Virus record (IMG/VR): IMGVR_UViG_3300023435_000009
Length of the DNA stretch: 64,000 nucleotides
Reading direction: 5' to 3' (one strand)
Source: a virus
Lineage: Duplodnaviria; Caudoviricetes
Positions within the stretch are counted from its first letter, which is position 1; the number at the start of each line of letters is the position of its first letter. The notes under the pieces were generated by a model, which was not told the DNA's origin, searched no databases, and saw only the letters and a program-made list of their open reading frames with translations. Made by a program: the position numbers and the translations under genes. This document shows positions 18,743-27,528 of the stretch, in pieces.

Positions 18743-19624
18743 GGGGTGTTGTCCTTCTTCTGATTGCGGAGATCCCAAACGAAACCGAGGACATCAATCT
18801 GGTTGATCTGAGTGGGTGTCAGTTTACGGCCATCCGCCGGGGCAGACGTATTTTTGGGGGGGTGTCTGTCCCCCGTGTGCGTCCATGTACTCTCTGAGGT
18901 GACAAAGGAACTCCGGCCACCACTGCCCTTTCGTGGTGGCGTCCCAGACAAAGCCGAGAGCACCGAGTTGGCTCCGCATAGTGGGGGTCAAGACCCGGTG
19001 ATTTCGTACCCCCGCTGTGTGATGGCCTAGTTTGTAGCCATCATCGCATACATAGGTGCCACGCACCTGACAACGGCCATGCACGGCCTTGTACGCCTTC
19101 AAATGTTCCAGGAACTCCGGGAACCACTCTGTCGGGACATCCCACAGGAAACCTAGTTGCTCAAGTTTCTCCGCCCTGCTCGGGGTGATTTGGACGCCCA
19201 CTTTGTGCCTTTTGCCTGTCCGAACAGCATTCACTTTTGGGCCAAGTCTATACCCGTCCTGACATCTGTACTGGGTGGGCACCTGACAATGGCCGTACTC
19301 GGCTTTATAGTCCTTCAGACGCCGGAGGAACTCGTCGAACCAACAGGGGATCTCCCAAAGGAAACCGAGTTGATCCAGTACAGGCACCATTGAGGGAGTC
19401 ACTGTCCGAACACTTTTCCCTTGTCGAAACCTGCGAATGTCCCCGACCCTGTTCCCCAATGTGTACCCGTCAGTACACTTGTAAAGCTGCGGCACCTTAC
19501 AGTCCCCGTGTTCTTCCTTGTACGCCTTCAGATGTGCCAGGAACACATCGAACCACGCTGGCCAAGGTTTCATCAGCCCAAGCTTGGCGAGACGTTCACG
19601 GAATTTGTTGTTCCTTTTGCCCAC
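18739..19624 (-). pseudogene. HA-repeat protein (3 full repeats) with a frameshifted, internally deleted fourth repeat
   Basis: Frame ends YVCPGGWP* at 18824; another frame continues DGRKLTPTQINQIDVLGFVWD to a stop at 18739 with ATGA overlap of the next gene. Confidence 0.75.
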
Positions 19625-19643
19625 GGACGACCTCCTACCAAGA

Positions 19644-19671
19644 CTACTCTGTAGGTGGCCGAGATGATCCC
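19644..19671 (-). promoter_or_regulatory. conserved bipartite motif (putative phage promoter)
   Basis: GGGATCATCT-N12-GAGTAG; its TAG is the stop of ORF 19644-20648. Confidence 0.8.
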
Positions 19672-20648
19672 GTTATTCGAACATCCCACATAAAGTCGAG
19701 GGCAGCTAGATCAGCAACCATGGGCAGGGTGATTTTCCTCCGACCTGTTGCGTCCCTACGGCCCTCTCTAACGCTGTTCGTCATGGCCCCTAACTTGTAC
19801 CCATCCCGACAGCAATATCCCCTGGGCACCATGCTGTCGCCGTGCTCCCGGTAGAACTTCGTCAGGTGACTGAGGTACTTGGGGAACCATTTGCCCGTCA
19901 GGTTCCGGTCCCGCTCGAACCCGAGGGCATCCAGTTTTAAGACCATCTCTGGGGTGACCTGGAGGGGCATCGACTCATCGCTGCCCTCCTCCAACCGGCG
20001 GATGCTCGTTCGGATGCGTTGGACCCTCAGGCCTAACTTGTGTCCATCCGCACATTCAAATTTGACAGGGATCGAACAGTTCCCATGTTCCGCCTTGTAT
20101 TCACGCAAACGCTGCACAAAGTCGGGGAACCATTCCGAGGGTTCCCATTCAAATCCAAGTGCGTCCAGGTCAGCAATTATCTCATCCGTGAGTTGCCGGA
20201 ACGCCTTCTTATTCAGTGCCCTTGCCCGTTTCGCTGCCCGAACAGCGGCGGCAGTTTTACCCAGGGTGTATCCATCGGGGCACTCATAAGGAACGGGTGG
20301 GTTTTGGCCGTCGTGAGCGGTCATATATTCCACCAGACGAACCCGGAACTTTTGGAACCAGCGATCTTTTGGAGCCAGCCAGTCAAAACCGATGGCATCG
20401 AGGGCAGTACTCATCTCCTCCGTCAACACACGGTTTGATGGGCGCTTCCTTGCGGAACGGATTCGCCCCACCTTGTTCCCTAAGCGGTACCCGTCTTCAC
20501 ACTTGTAGTTGTGGGGCACTTCACAATCCCCGTGCTCCGCCTTGTACGTCTGAAGGTGGGAGTGGAACTCATCGAACCACGCTGGCCAAGGTTTCATCCG
20601 CCCAAGCTCAACGAGCCGCAGTCTGAATTTGTTGCTCCTCCTACGCAC
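19644..20648 (-). CDS. HA-repeat protein (4 repeats)
   Basis: four HA-like units after the SNKFRLRLVELG leader. Confidence 0.85.
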   Translation of the reverse strand: MRRRSNKFRLRLVELGRMKPWPAWFDEFHSHLQTYKAEHGDCEVPHNYKCEDGYRLGNKVGRIRSARKRPSNRVLTEEMSTALDAIGFDWLAPKDRWFQKFRVRLVEYMTAHDGQNPPVPYECPDGYTLGKTAAAVRAAKRARALNKKAFRQLTDEIIADLDALGFEWEPSEWFPDFVQRLREYKAEHGNCSIPVKFECADGHKLGLRVQRIRTSIRRLEEGSDESMPLQVTPEMVLKLDALGFERDRNLTGKWFPKYLSHLTKFYREHGDSMVPRGYCCRDGYKLGAMTNSVREGRRDATGRRKITLPMVADLAALDFMWDVRITGSSRPPTE

Positions 20649-21567
20649 GGATGACCTCCCACACGAAACCGATGGCGTCGAGTTCCTTGATCATCTCGGG
20701 AGTCACTTTGATCCTGCCTATGCCTCTCTTAGCTTGTCGGACACCCTTTACCCGTGTCCCGAGCTTGTACCCGTCCTCGGGACACTTGTAGGATGTGGGC
20801 ACCTGATAGTCCCCGTGCTCCTTTTTGTATTCCTTCAGCCTCACCAGGAACTCAGGGAACCACTCCTTCGGATCCCACACGAACCCGATGGCATCGAGTT
20901 CCTTGGTCATCTCGTCGGTCAGGATGACCGTCCCTTTGCCTCTCTTAGCTGACCGAACACCCCTTACCCGTTCCCCCAGATGGTATCCGTCCTCGGGCCA
21001 CTTGTAGGACGTCGGCACCTGACAGTGGCCATGCTCCCTTTTGTATTCCCTCAGCCTCACCAGGAACTCAGGGAACCACTCCCTCGGATCCCACACGATC
21101 CCAATGGCGTCGAGTTCCTTGATCATTTCGGGGGCTATTTTGAGTCTCCCTTTGTCTCTCTTAGCTTGTCGGACATTATCTACTCTGCCCCCGAGCTTGT
21201 ACCCGTCCTCGGGACACTTGTAGGATTTAGGCACCTGACAGTGCCCACGCTCCTTTTTGTATTCCTTCAGTTTCTCCAGGAACTCAGGGAACCACTCCCT
21301 CGGATCCCATACGAAACCGATGGCGTCGAGTTCCTTGGTCATCTCGTCGGTCAGTGTGACGTTCCCTTTGCCTCTCTTAGCTGACCGAACAACCATTACC
21401 CGTTCCCCCAGATGGTACCCGTCCTCGGGACACTTGTAGGATTTAGGCACCTGACAGTGCCCACGCTCCTTTTTGTATTCCTTCAGTTTCTCCAGGAAGA
21501 GGTCAAACCAAGCTGGCCAGGAAGGCACATAACCCAACACACTGAGGCGTTGCCGGAACTTGTTCAT
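20641..21567 (-). CDS. HA-repeat protein (4 repeats, 216-nt period, ABAB)
   Basis: near-identical 72-aa units visible at DNA level. Confidence 0.88.
   Translation of the reverse strand: MNKFRQRLSVLGYVPSWPAWFDLFLEKLKEYKKERGHCQVPKSYKCPEDGYHLGERVMVVRSAKRGKGNVTLTDEMTKELDAIGFVWDPREWFPEFLEKLKEYKKERGHCQVPKSYKCPEDGYKLGGRVDNVRQAKRDKGRLKIAPEMIKELDAIGIVWDPREWFPEFLVRLREYKREHGHCQVPTSYKWPEDGYHLGERVRGVRSAKRGKGTVILTDEMTKELDAIGFVWDPKEWFPEFLVRLKEYKKEHGDYQVPTSYKCPEDGYKLGTRVKGVRQAKRGIGRIKVTPEMIKELDAIGFVWEVIRA
20660..21500. repeat. tandem 216-nt coding repeat x4
   Basis: recurring GATGGCRTCGAGTTCCTTG and CCGTCCTCGGG blocks with 216-nt period. Confidence 0.85.
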
Positions 21568-22271
21568 CTCGGAACCACCCAGAGGAAACCGAGGGCATCA
21601 AGTTTGGCGATCATCTCGGGGATCACTTGGAGGAAACCTTTGCCTCGTCTCCCGCATCGAACATGGCTCGCCTTTTCTCCCAACTTGTACCCATCGGGGC
21701 ACACGTAGTCCTTCGGGATGTGGCCCACGGGGTACTTTTCCAGCACCGCTTTGATGTGGGCGTAGAACTCTGGCCACCATTTGCCAGTGTTGCAGGCGTC
21801 CCAGACAAACCCTATAGCGTCAAGCTGCTCGACCATCTCGGAGGTGACCTTGAGACTACCTATGCCCCTCCTTCCGGAACGGATCACTTGTACTCGTTTC
21901 CCCAGCTTGTATCCGTCATGGTGGACATGCGTGCCAGGGGGGGCGCAGTGACCGTGTTCCGCCTTGTACTCAATCAGACGGCGAAGGACACCTTTGAACC
22001 ACCCGTTCCCGTTCCACGGGAAGCCAATGTCATCGAGCATCCGAATCATCTCGGACGTAAGCTTATGACCAGTTCCTCGGCGGTAGCTAGTTCGGATGGA
22101 GTTGGTTTTCGACCCTAGCTTGTACCCATCTTCGCAGGCATACGTCTGAGGGGGTGTCCTCCCGTCATTTTCCTCCATGTACCGTGTCATACGGGCCACG
22201 TAGTCCAGGAACCATTCGGATACGGGTTCCACCAGCCCCATTTCGGCCAGTCTTTTGCGGAACTTGTTCAT
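21564..22271 (-). CDS. HA-repeat protein (3 repeats)
   Basis: MNKFRKRLAEMG leader plus three HA units; ATGA overlap with the helicase stop. Confidence 0.85.
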   Translation of the reverse strand: MNKFRKRLAEMGLVEPVSEWFLDYVARMTRYMEENDGRTPPQTYACEDGYKLGSKTNSIRTSYRRGTGHKLTSEMIRMLDDIGFPWNGNGWFKGVLRRLIEYKAEHGHCAPPGTHVHHDGYKLGKRVQVIRSGRRGIGSLKVTSEMVEQLDAIGFVWDACNTGKWWPEFYAHIKAVLEKYPVGHIPKDYVCPDGYKLGEKASHVRCGRRGKGFLQVIPEMIAKLDALGFLWVVPR

Positions 22272-24247
22272 GGCATCTGCCCGTAGACCTGCTTCCAGTT
22301 GATTGTGATCGGGGGGAGCTTGAAGTGAGGGGAAGCGTCGGTGTTATCAATAGGGGGTTCAACTTTGTGCTCCTCAAAGTAGGACATCAAGGCGTCATCT
22401 ATCTGAGCCAAGGTGAACTGTGGCGGAGGTATCGCAGCTTTCAGACGTTCAGCGACCTGCTTCGCTGTCCTGCCCTCGAAACGGGACAGGAAGTCAACGA
22501 CCCTGTCCGCCTGACCAATGTCCGCCGTCGCCCCTTCGAACTCTTGGATCACTGCGTCGAAGACCGGCCTCAACTCCTCTCGGATGATGCGGTAGTCAGA
22601 CAAATCCCCGCCCTGGGCCTTCCTCCACAGGGTCTTGTGAAAGTAGGAGAAGGCTCGGGTTTGTTTTTTGAGGATGCTGTACGCCAGTGCTCGTTCAGCC
22701 TGTTCCATCTGCTCCTTGGACAACCGCATCGCTGTCCTCAGGTAGTGGGCCACCTCTTTGTTGGTCGGTTTCTTGACCCCACTCTCACGGAGAAGGATAA
22801 CGGCCTTGACCATGAGACCCATGGCCTCCCGGCACTGTTGAACATCAGCCCCGATGAACTGGGTGACATCCTCCCAGGTTTCCTCCGCCGGGCGATGCTT
22901 TTTGCCCTGACGCTTGTGCCCGATGTCCTCCAAACGTCGCTGGATGTCCCCCAGGATGTAGTCCTGGCCGACACTAAAATCCGCCATGAAGCACGCCGTC
23001 AGGAAGGCATGATCCTGGTGCTGCTGTTCGAACTGGGCAAACAAGTTCTCGGTCACACAGGGTACCAGGAAGGTGAAGGTGGCCGTGTTCTTGTGCTCCT
23101 CGGGGTAGCCATCGATGGCTCCCTTGAAGCGCAACGCCCGCCCCAGGCGTTGAAGGATGCGGACGAAGGAACTGGTCAGGCCGATGTTGTAGACATGGCT
23201 GCACAGGGGCCAGTCGGTTCCCTCATTGAACCGGGCACAGGCAAGGATCACGTCTACGGTGGAGTCCTCGTAGGCTCGGACCCGACGTTCCTTTCGGAGG
23301 AGGTGCTTGAGGGCGTCGGTGGCTCGTTGCCCCCCCTTGATGGCGTTGTGTACCCTCGCTCCCTGCCTGGTGAACTCGTCCTCCAGCCGTTTAGACCACG
23401 CATCGGCACTGTTAGCGGGGACGATGATGACAGCCTTGGGGCGCTTGTCCTTGACCCACAAGTCCACGATGTCGATACAGGTTTGGAGTGGGGCAGTACT
23501 GGTCATGGACTCGCCAGCAAGCTGATTCGTCGTGTTCGCCTTTATGCCCAGAGGATGTGTGCGGAAAGAAAGCTGCCCCGGTGCGTACTGGCCTCCCTCC
23601 ATGTGGGATGCCAGCGTGCGGTCCCAGCGGGGGGCGTTGTCATCAATAAGGGTATCACCGTCCGTGCGGAAGGGCGTGGCAGTCACGTGAATGACTGTGC
23701 CCCCTCGGGTCTGCCACTCCTTGACGAAGGTACCCACACCGTTCTCGGGGGCTGTGTGGTGTGCCTCGTCCACGATCAGGAGACGCCCGGTCATGTCCTT
23801 GGGGAGAAGGTCAGGGGCAAACCAGACTGCCGCCGCCATATGTGTCGTGACCAGCACCCGGTTAACCGGGCGGACACTTCTGACGTGATCTTTGAGGTAC
23901 TCCCGGCGCTTACCATCCCGAACTTGGAACCACTGAAGGGCCGCTACCGTGAGTGGCCCCCCAACAGACACTCTTCCCTGGGGTACTTCCTCGCTGGGGC
24001 GGATCTTCAGGTCTCCCTCATAGATGAAGGCATCCGAAATCTGACACTGTGGGGCGAGAACAACGGCTAACCGAAACATCTCCGTGTTGAGCAACCGTTC
24101 GGCCAGATAGGTCACCATGAGGGATTTGCCGCTTCCGGTGGGACCACTCAGCACTACCTCTCGTCTCCCGTTGGTGACGTGCCGGAACAAGTGCCGGAAA
24201 CAGTCCTGCTGATAGGGGCGCAAGGTACGAGTTTCAGGGGTTTTCAT
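22268..24247 (-). CDS. superfamily II helicase (type III restriction Res-like DEAH)
   Basis: SGPTGSGKS, IVDEAHH, TATPFR, RFNEGTD, LQRLGRALR motifs. Confidence 0.9.
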   Translation of the reverse strand: MKTPETRTLRPYQQDCFRHLFRHVTNGRREVVLSGPTGSGKSLMVTYLAERLLNTEMFRLAVVLAPQCQISDAFIYEGDLKIRPSEEVPQGRVSVGGPLTVAALQWFQVRDGKRREYLKDHVRSVRPVNRVLVTTHMAAAVWFAPDLLPKDMTGRLLIVDEAHHTAPENGVGTFVKEWQTRGGTVIHVTATPFRTDGDTLIDDNAPRWDRTLASHMEGGQYAPGQLSFRTHPLGIKANTTNQLAGESMTSTAPLQTCIDIVDLWVKDKRPKAVIIVPANSADAWSKRLEDEFTRQGARVHNAIKGGQRATDALKHLLRKERRVRAYEDSTVDVILACARFNEGTDWPLCSHVYNIGLTSSFVRILQRLGRALRFKGAIDGYPEEHKNTATFTFLVPCVTENLFAQFEQQHQDHAFLTACFMADFSVGQDYILGDIQRRLEDIGHKRQGKKHRPAEETWEDVTQFIGADVQQCREAMGLMVKAVILLRESGVKKPTNKEVAHYLRTAMRLSKEQMEQAERALAYSILKKQTRAFSYFHKTLWRKAQGGDLSDYRIIREELRPVFDAVIQEFEGATADIGQADRVVDFLSRFEGRTAKQVAERLKAAIPPPQFTLAQIDDALMSYFEEHKVEPPIDNTDASPHFKLPPITINWKQVYGQMP

Positions 24248-24566
24248 TTGCTGTCACCTCCGTCCTCAACGGGACGTCTTCGGGTTTTCGTAATCTCCAC
24301 TGGTAGGAGGGGGACATGTATCTTGAGGGGGTGATCCATCCGACACGCAGATCCCCTGTGCGGCTCATCATGTTTTCCTGCACCCAAAAACCGACATAGC
24401 GTTTGAACCTGTTCCTGTTGTCAGCGTGGCGGAACACGAAGTCGAAGGCGTCCTCTATGGTCTCGGCCTCGATACGCCCCTCATAGAGGTGGTGTGACTG
24501 CGTGGGAGACCGAAACCCAAAAGCGTACCACATCTTCAGTTCTTTGGTGTCGTCCTTTTCCGCCAT
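24234..24566 (-). CDS. hypothetical protein
   Basis: first gene after the motif at 24588; GGAGG RBS. Confidence 0.6.
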   Translation of the reverse strand: MAEKDDTKELKMWYAFGFRSPTQSHHLYEGRIEAETIEDAFDFVFRHADNRNRFKRYVGFWVQENMMSRTGDLRVGWITPSRYMSPSYQWRLRKPEDVPLRTEVTANENP

Positions 24567-24587
24567 AGTCAGACCCTCCTACCAAGT

Positions 24588-24615
24588 CTACTCAGTGGGC
24601 CTCTCAGATGATCCC
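24588..24615 (-). promoter_or_regulatory. conserved bipartite motif (putative phage promoter) upstream of the helicase-HA operon
   Basis: GGGATCATCT-N12-GAGTAG. Confidence 0.8.
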
Positions 24616-24656
24616 TTCGTTTCCCGATGGAGTAGTACAGACAGGAGGTGCAGCAA

Positions 24657-25475
24657 ATGACGACACAAGTGATTGCAACGGATACGGAAATGGCCCAGAC
24701 TTTGACTGACATCGGTTCCCTTGGTCAGGGAACGTTGGTGTCCCTCACCCTACGGAAGAAGGGGGTCGTCCGGGGCGGACAGATCTACGGTGACGACTTC
24801 GTCCAAGTTCTCATGTGGACGGGATTCCATTATCAGGCGCTGGTAGAGCGGAGCAACGCCAAGCTCACAGCGGAGTGGAGGGGCCATTTTCTTACTGATC
24901 TTCTCGGTGAGGTTCACGCCACAGGGCACCTGGAGGCTACAATCCGGGACGTTTCCGAAGCTGTTCAGGAAATTCAGGACAACTTCAGGGAGGTAATGGG
25001 GGGTCTCAAGGCTGACAGGATGCTGGACTCGGGGGTGGAACCTTTGACTCTTCCGGGGAAGGAGATGGACGAGGGTACTACGCTGGGTGGTCCTCCCGTG
25101 TCCAAGCCCGTCTTCGAGACGCTCAAGGTGGACGGCAACGTCATCTTGGGGGCCAAGGTCTACGTCGGAGAAGGGGAGGAGGGGAACCCCAGGGCACCTA
25201 CTCCGGGTACCATCTATATTGATGGGGTGAAGCTCGGGGAAATCGTCCGGGAGCCTGCACCGAACGGTAAATGGTCTCCGAAGCAGAGTGCCAAGACCGT
25301 GGCCAAGGAGATTATCCGCAAACGCCTCCCTGTGGGCCTGTACGTCCGTTACAGCCTGGATCGGGAGAAGCTGGTCACATGCAAGGTGGGGAAGGAAGCG
25401 TCGGCACACGCAAAGGAAGCGGGCGTTCCCATCGATCCTGAAGCTATCCGGTCCCTGTTCAAGATCGCCCCGTGA
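24657..25475 (+). CDS. hypothetical protein, paralog of 27529-28308
   Basis: shared KKG.VRGG..YGD..V....TGFHY..LV.RS and PGTIY...EPAPNG...KT.AK. Confidence 0.75.
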   Translation: MTTQVIATDTEMAQTLTDIGSLGQGTLVSLTLRKKGVVRGGQIYGDDFVQVLMWTGFHYQALVERSNAKLTAEWRGHFLTDLLGEVHATGHLEATIRDVSEAVQEIQDNFREVMGGLKADRMLDSGVEPLTLPGKEMDEGTTLGGPPVSKPVFETLKVDGNVILGAKVYVGEGEEGNPRAPTPGTIYIDGVKLGEIVREPAPNGKWSPKQSAKTVAKEIIRKRLPVGLYVRYSLDREKLVTCKVGKEASAHAKEAGVPIDPEAIRSLFKIAP

Positions 25476-25481
25476 CCCTGC

Positions 25482-26054
25482 TCAGGGGATGGGCGGAGCG
25501 TCGTCCGCTGTTTCCTGCCAGTCGCTAAACTCCTGGAACTCGTTGTCCTGGAACAGGACGACCTGGACCTCCTCGATGGGGAGGCGGGCTTCCTGTTTCA
25601 TGGCCTCGTGGAGGGCGTGGGCAAAGGCCGACACGCTGCCCCCGTAGACCCCTGCTGAGATGGCGGGGAAGGCGACCCTGTTGGCTCCGATCCGGGCCGC
25701 TTCCTTCAGGCAGTTGACGATGCAGTGCATGAGTTCATTGAGGGGCCGGGGTTCGACCCGCTCGCCCGGTCGGAGGCTTCGTATGCCGTACCCAGCGAAG
25801 ATCGGCCCCGCCGTGTGGATGACGAAATCGGCGTCCAGGTCGAAGCCCTCGGTCGTCCGAACCTGTCCGACCCGAATGCGGACACCCTGTTCCAACTCGG
25901 GGAACTCCCTGCACGCAGCCCTCAGCCCCGGACCCGCCGCTCGGTGAATGGCCCCGTCGACCCCCCCACCGCCAAGCATCCTGGGGTTGGCAGCGTTCAC
26001 GATGGCGTCCACCTGTGCGTGGACGATGTTCCCCCGGTAGTAATGCAGCCTCAT
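25482..26054 (-). CDS. macrodomain protein (MacroD-like ADP-ribose hydrolase)
   Basis: GNIVHAQVDAIVNAAN..LGGGGVDGAIHRAAG, VIHTAGP, AFPAISAGVYG. Confidence 0.92.
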   Translation of the reverse strand: MRLHYYRGNIVHAQVDAIVNAANPRMLGGGGVDGAIHRAAGPGLRAACREFPELEQGVRIRVGQVRTTEGFDLDADFVIHTAGPIFAGYGIRSLRPGERVEPRPLNELMHCIVNCLKEAARIGANRVAFPAISAGVYGGSVSAFAHALHEAMKQEARLPIEEVQVVLFQDNEFQEFSDWQETADDAPPIP

Positions 26055-26095
26055 TTTGCGTGTCTCCTTGCGGGGGTCCTTTGCCCTCACCTAGA

Positions 26096-26123
26096 CTACT
26101 CTGTAGGTCGGTCAGATGATCCC
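26096..26123 (-). promoter_or_regulatory. conserved bipartite motif (putative phage promoter)
   Basis: GGGATCATCT-N12-GAGTAG upstream of the macrodomain gene. Confidence 0.8.
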
Positions 26124-26139
26124 GGTACCTATCGTTTGC

Positions 26140-26712
26140 TCACTTGTTCAGCCCATTTCCCCACCGACTTGGTGAGGGGGTGTCTTCCTGTCGTCTGTTC
26201 ATCCGTGCCAGCAGATCCCGTTTCCGGGCCAGCCGCTCGATCACAGAGGCCATGCGCTTCCGTCCTACCGGGTTGGCGGAGTGGACCCTGATATCGTTCG
26301 GGATCGGGAAATTGATGTCTCGATCGAGTTGCTCTTCCAGCCAGCACAGGACATCATATCCCGTCACCTCACGCCCCTTCTCGGGACTGTAGTCAGCGAT
26401 GTCGTGGTCCAGGGACAGGGTCCCGATGGCCTCCTGCTGGAGCATCTCGATGCACCGTGCGTAGGTGCGGACGACGAACCAATCGATACCCTCACCTGGT
26501 TCGTCTGGGATGATCTTCATGTGTCTTGATTCGTACCAGGGACCTTCCGTGTCGCCGGGAAAGGGACAACCCCGGACGTCATCCAGGTAGAGGTTGATCT
26601 TCGTTGGACGGCCCCGGTAGTTCTTCCGGGCCACCACACGACAGTGGGAACAGTCCAGGTTACAGCCGATCTGAGGGTTGCCACACAGGGGGCATCTGTT
26701 GGAAGCGGTCAT
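26140..26712 (-). CDS. cyclic-phosphate-processing receiver-like domain protein
   Basis: LYLDDVR, LSLDHDI, TGYDVLCWL, VHSANPVG motifs. Confidence 0.75.
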   Translation of the reverse strand: MTASNRCPLCGNPQIGCNLDCSHCRVVARKNYRGRPTKINLYLDDVRGCPFPGDTEGPWYESRHMKIIPDEPGEGIDWFVVRTYARCIEMLQQEAIGTLSLDHDIADYSPEKGREVTGYDVLCWLEEQLDRDINFPIPNDIRVHSANPVGRKRMASVIERLARKRDLLARMNRRQEDTPSPSRWGNGLNK

Positions 26713-27344
26713 ATGGGGATCTCCTTGCTTTGACGGGACAGGACACTCCTCGAAACCTCGTTCCCAGGAAGGCATGCTGTCAACCATTTGATGTCCTCGT
26801 CACACAGCCGCTTGGCTGCGTCTAACGTCCGCACAGGTTTCATTGGTGCAACTAGCGGTCGGTCCTGGTCTGACAGCCTCACGGGCAGGTACACGCTGTC
26901 AGGGCCTCCGAGAACCATGTGGGTGGTGGCCCCGGAACCGTCTTTGTAAAACACCGTCCGAACGTAGATCAAGGGGTTGCCCTCGGTGGCTATCCTGGTA
27001 GTGAAATTACTCCACCAATGGATACGGACCACAGCAGCTTCGATCTGGTCTCGTTGTCGTTGGTCCTGTCGCTCTGCTGTCCGCAGCACCCACTCGTCAG
27101 GGGTCTGGTGTGCCTGACATGCCCTGAGGAAGATGAACAGGAAGACCGGCCACATCCCCAGGAGAAGGAAGAGGGTCTTCGGGGTCATCGGTCTGTCCTT
27201 GGGCCTGTGGGGGTGCTCGTTCACCCAGGTGGCGTACTCGGGTCCTCGGGTGTAACTCCCAGCCAGTCCTGCGAGGAACAACAGCATCTGGACAAACCCC
27301 CCGACCACAAACCAGCTCAGGACGATCTGGATGAATGTAACCAT
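26709..27344 (-). CDS. membrane protein
   Basis: two hydrophobic N-terminal segments; start approximate. Confidence 0.55.
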   Translation of the reverse strand: MVTFIQIVLSWFVVGGFVQMLLFLAGLAGSYTRGPEYATWVNEHPHRPKDRPMTPKTLFLLLGMWPVFLFIFLRACQAHQTPDEWVLRTAERQDQRQRDQIEAAVVRIHWWSNFTTRIATEGNPLIYVRTVFYKDGSGATTHMVLGGPDSVYLPVRLSDQDRPLVAPMKPVRTLDAAKRLCDEDIKWLTACLPGNEVSRSVLSRQSKEIPI

Positions 27345-27528
27345 CAGACAGCCACCTGTTCCTGGGTTTGGGCTACGATCAATTGTTGCTTCAGACGTTC
27401 TTGTAGTGAACGGTAACACTGGAAACAGAGAGGGTGATCCTGCCGCCACCGGAAGTTTCGCCCTCGGACAGAGGAGACCGCTTTCCTTTGCTTGCACCAT
27501 TTACACTGGTGTTTGTCAGTGCCCTTCA

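Noticed and set aside
20660-21500. Possible CRISPR array
   Set aside because: The repeats are 216-nt in-frame coding units with no unique spacers, and no cas genes are present
22154-24070. 638-aa plus-strand ORF
   Set aside because: Lies wholly antisense to the helicase, has no motifs, and is typical of a GC-rich shadow frame; the same applies to most other nested antisense ORFs in the track
17000-24247. Diversity-generating retroelement or shufflon explanation for the HA array
   Set aside because: No reverse transcriptase or site-specific recombinase in the window, all cassettes are in the same orientation, and no adenine-specific TR/VR pattern was seen
24609-24635. Plus-strand copy of the promoter motif
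   Set aside because: GAGTAG is present but the upstream box matches only 5 of 9 positions; not counted (likewise the lone GAGTAG at 47513-47518 and near 60115)
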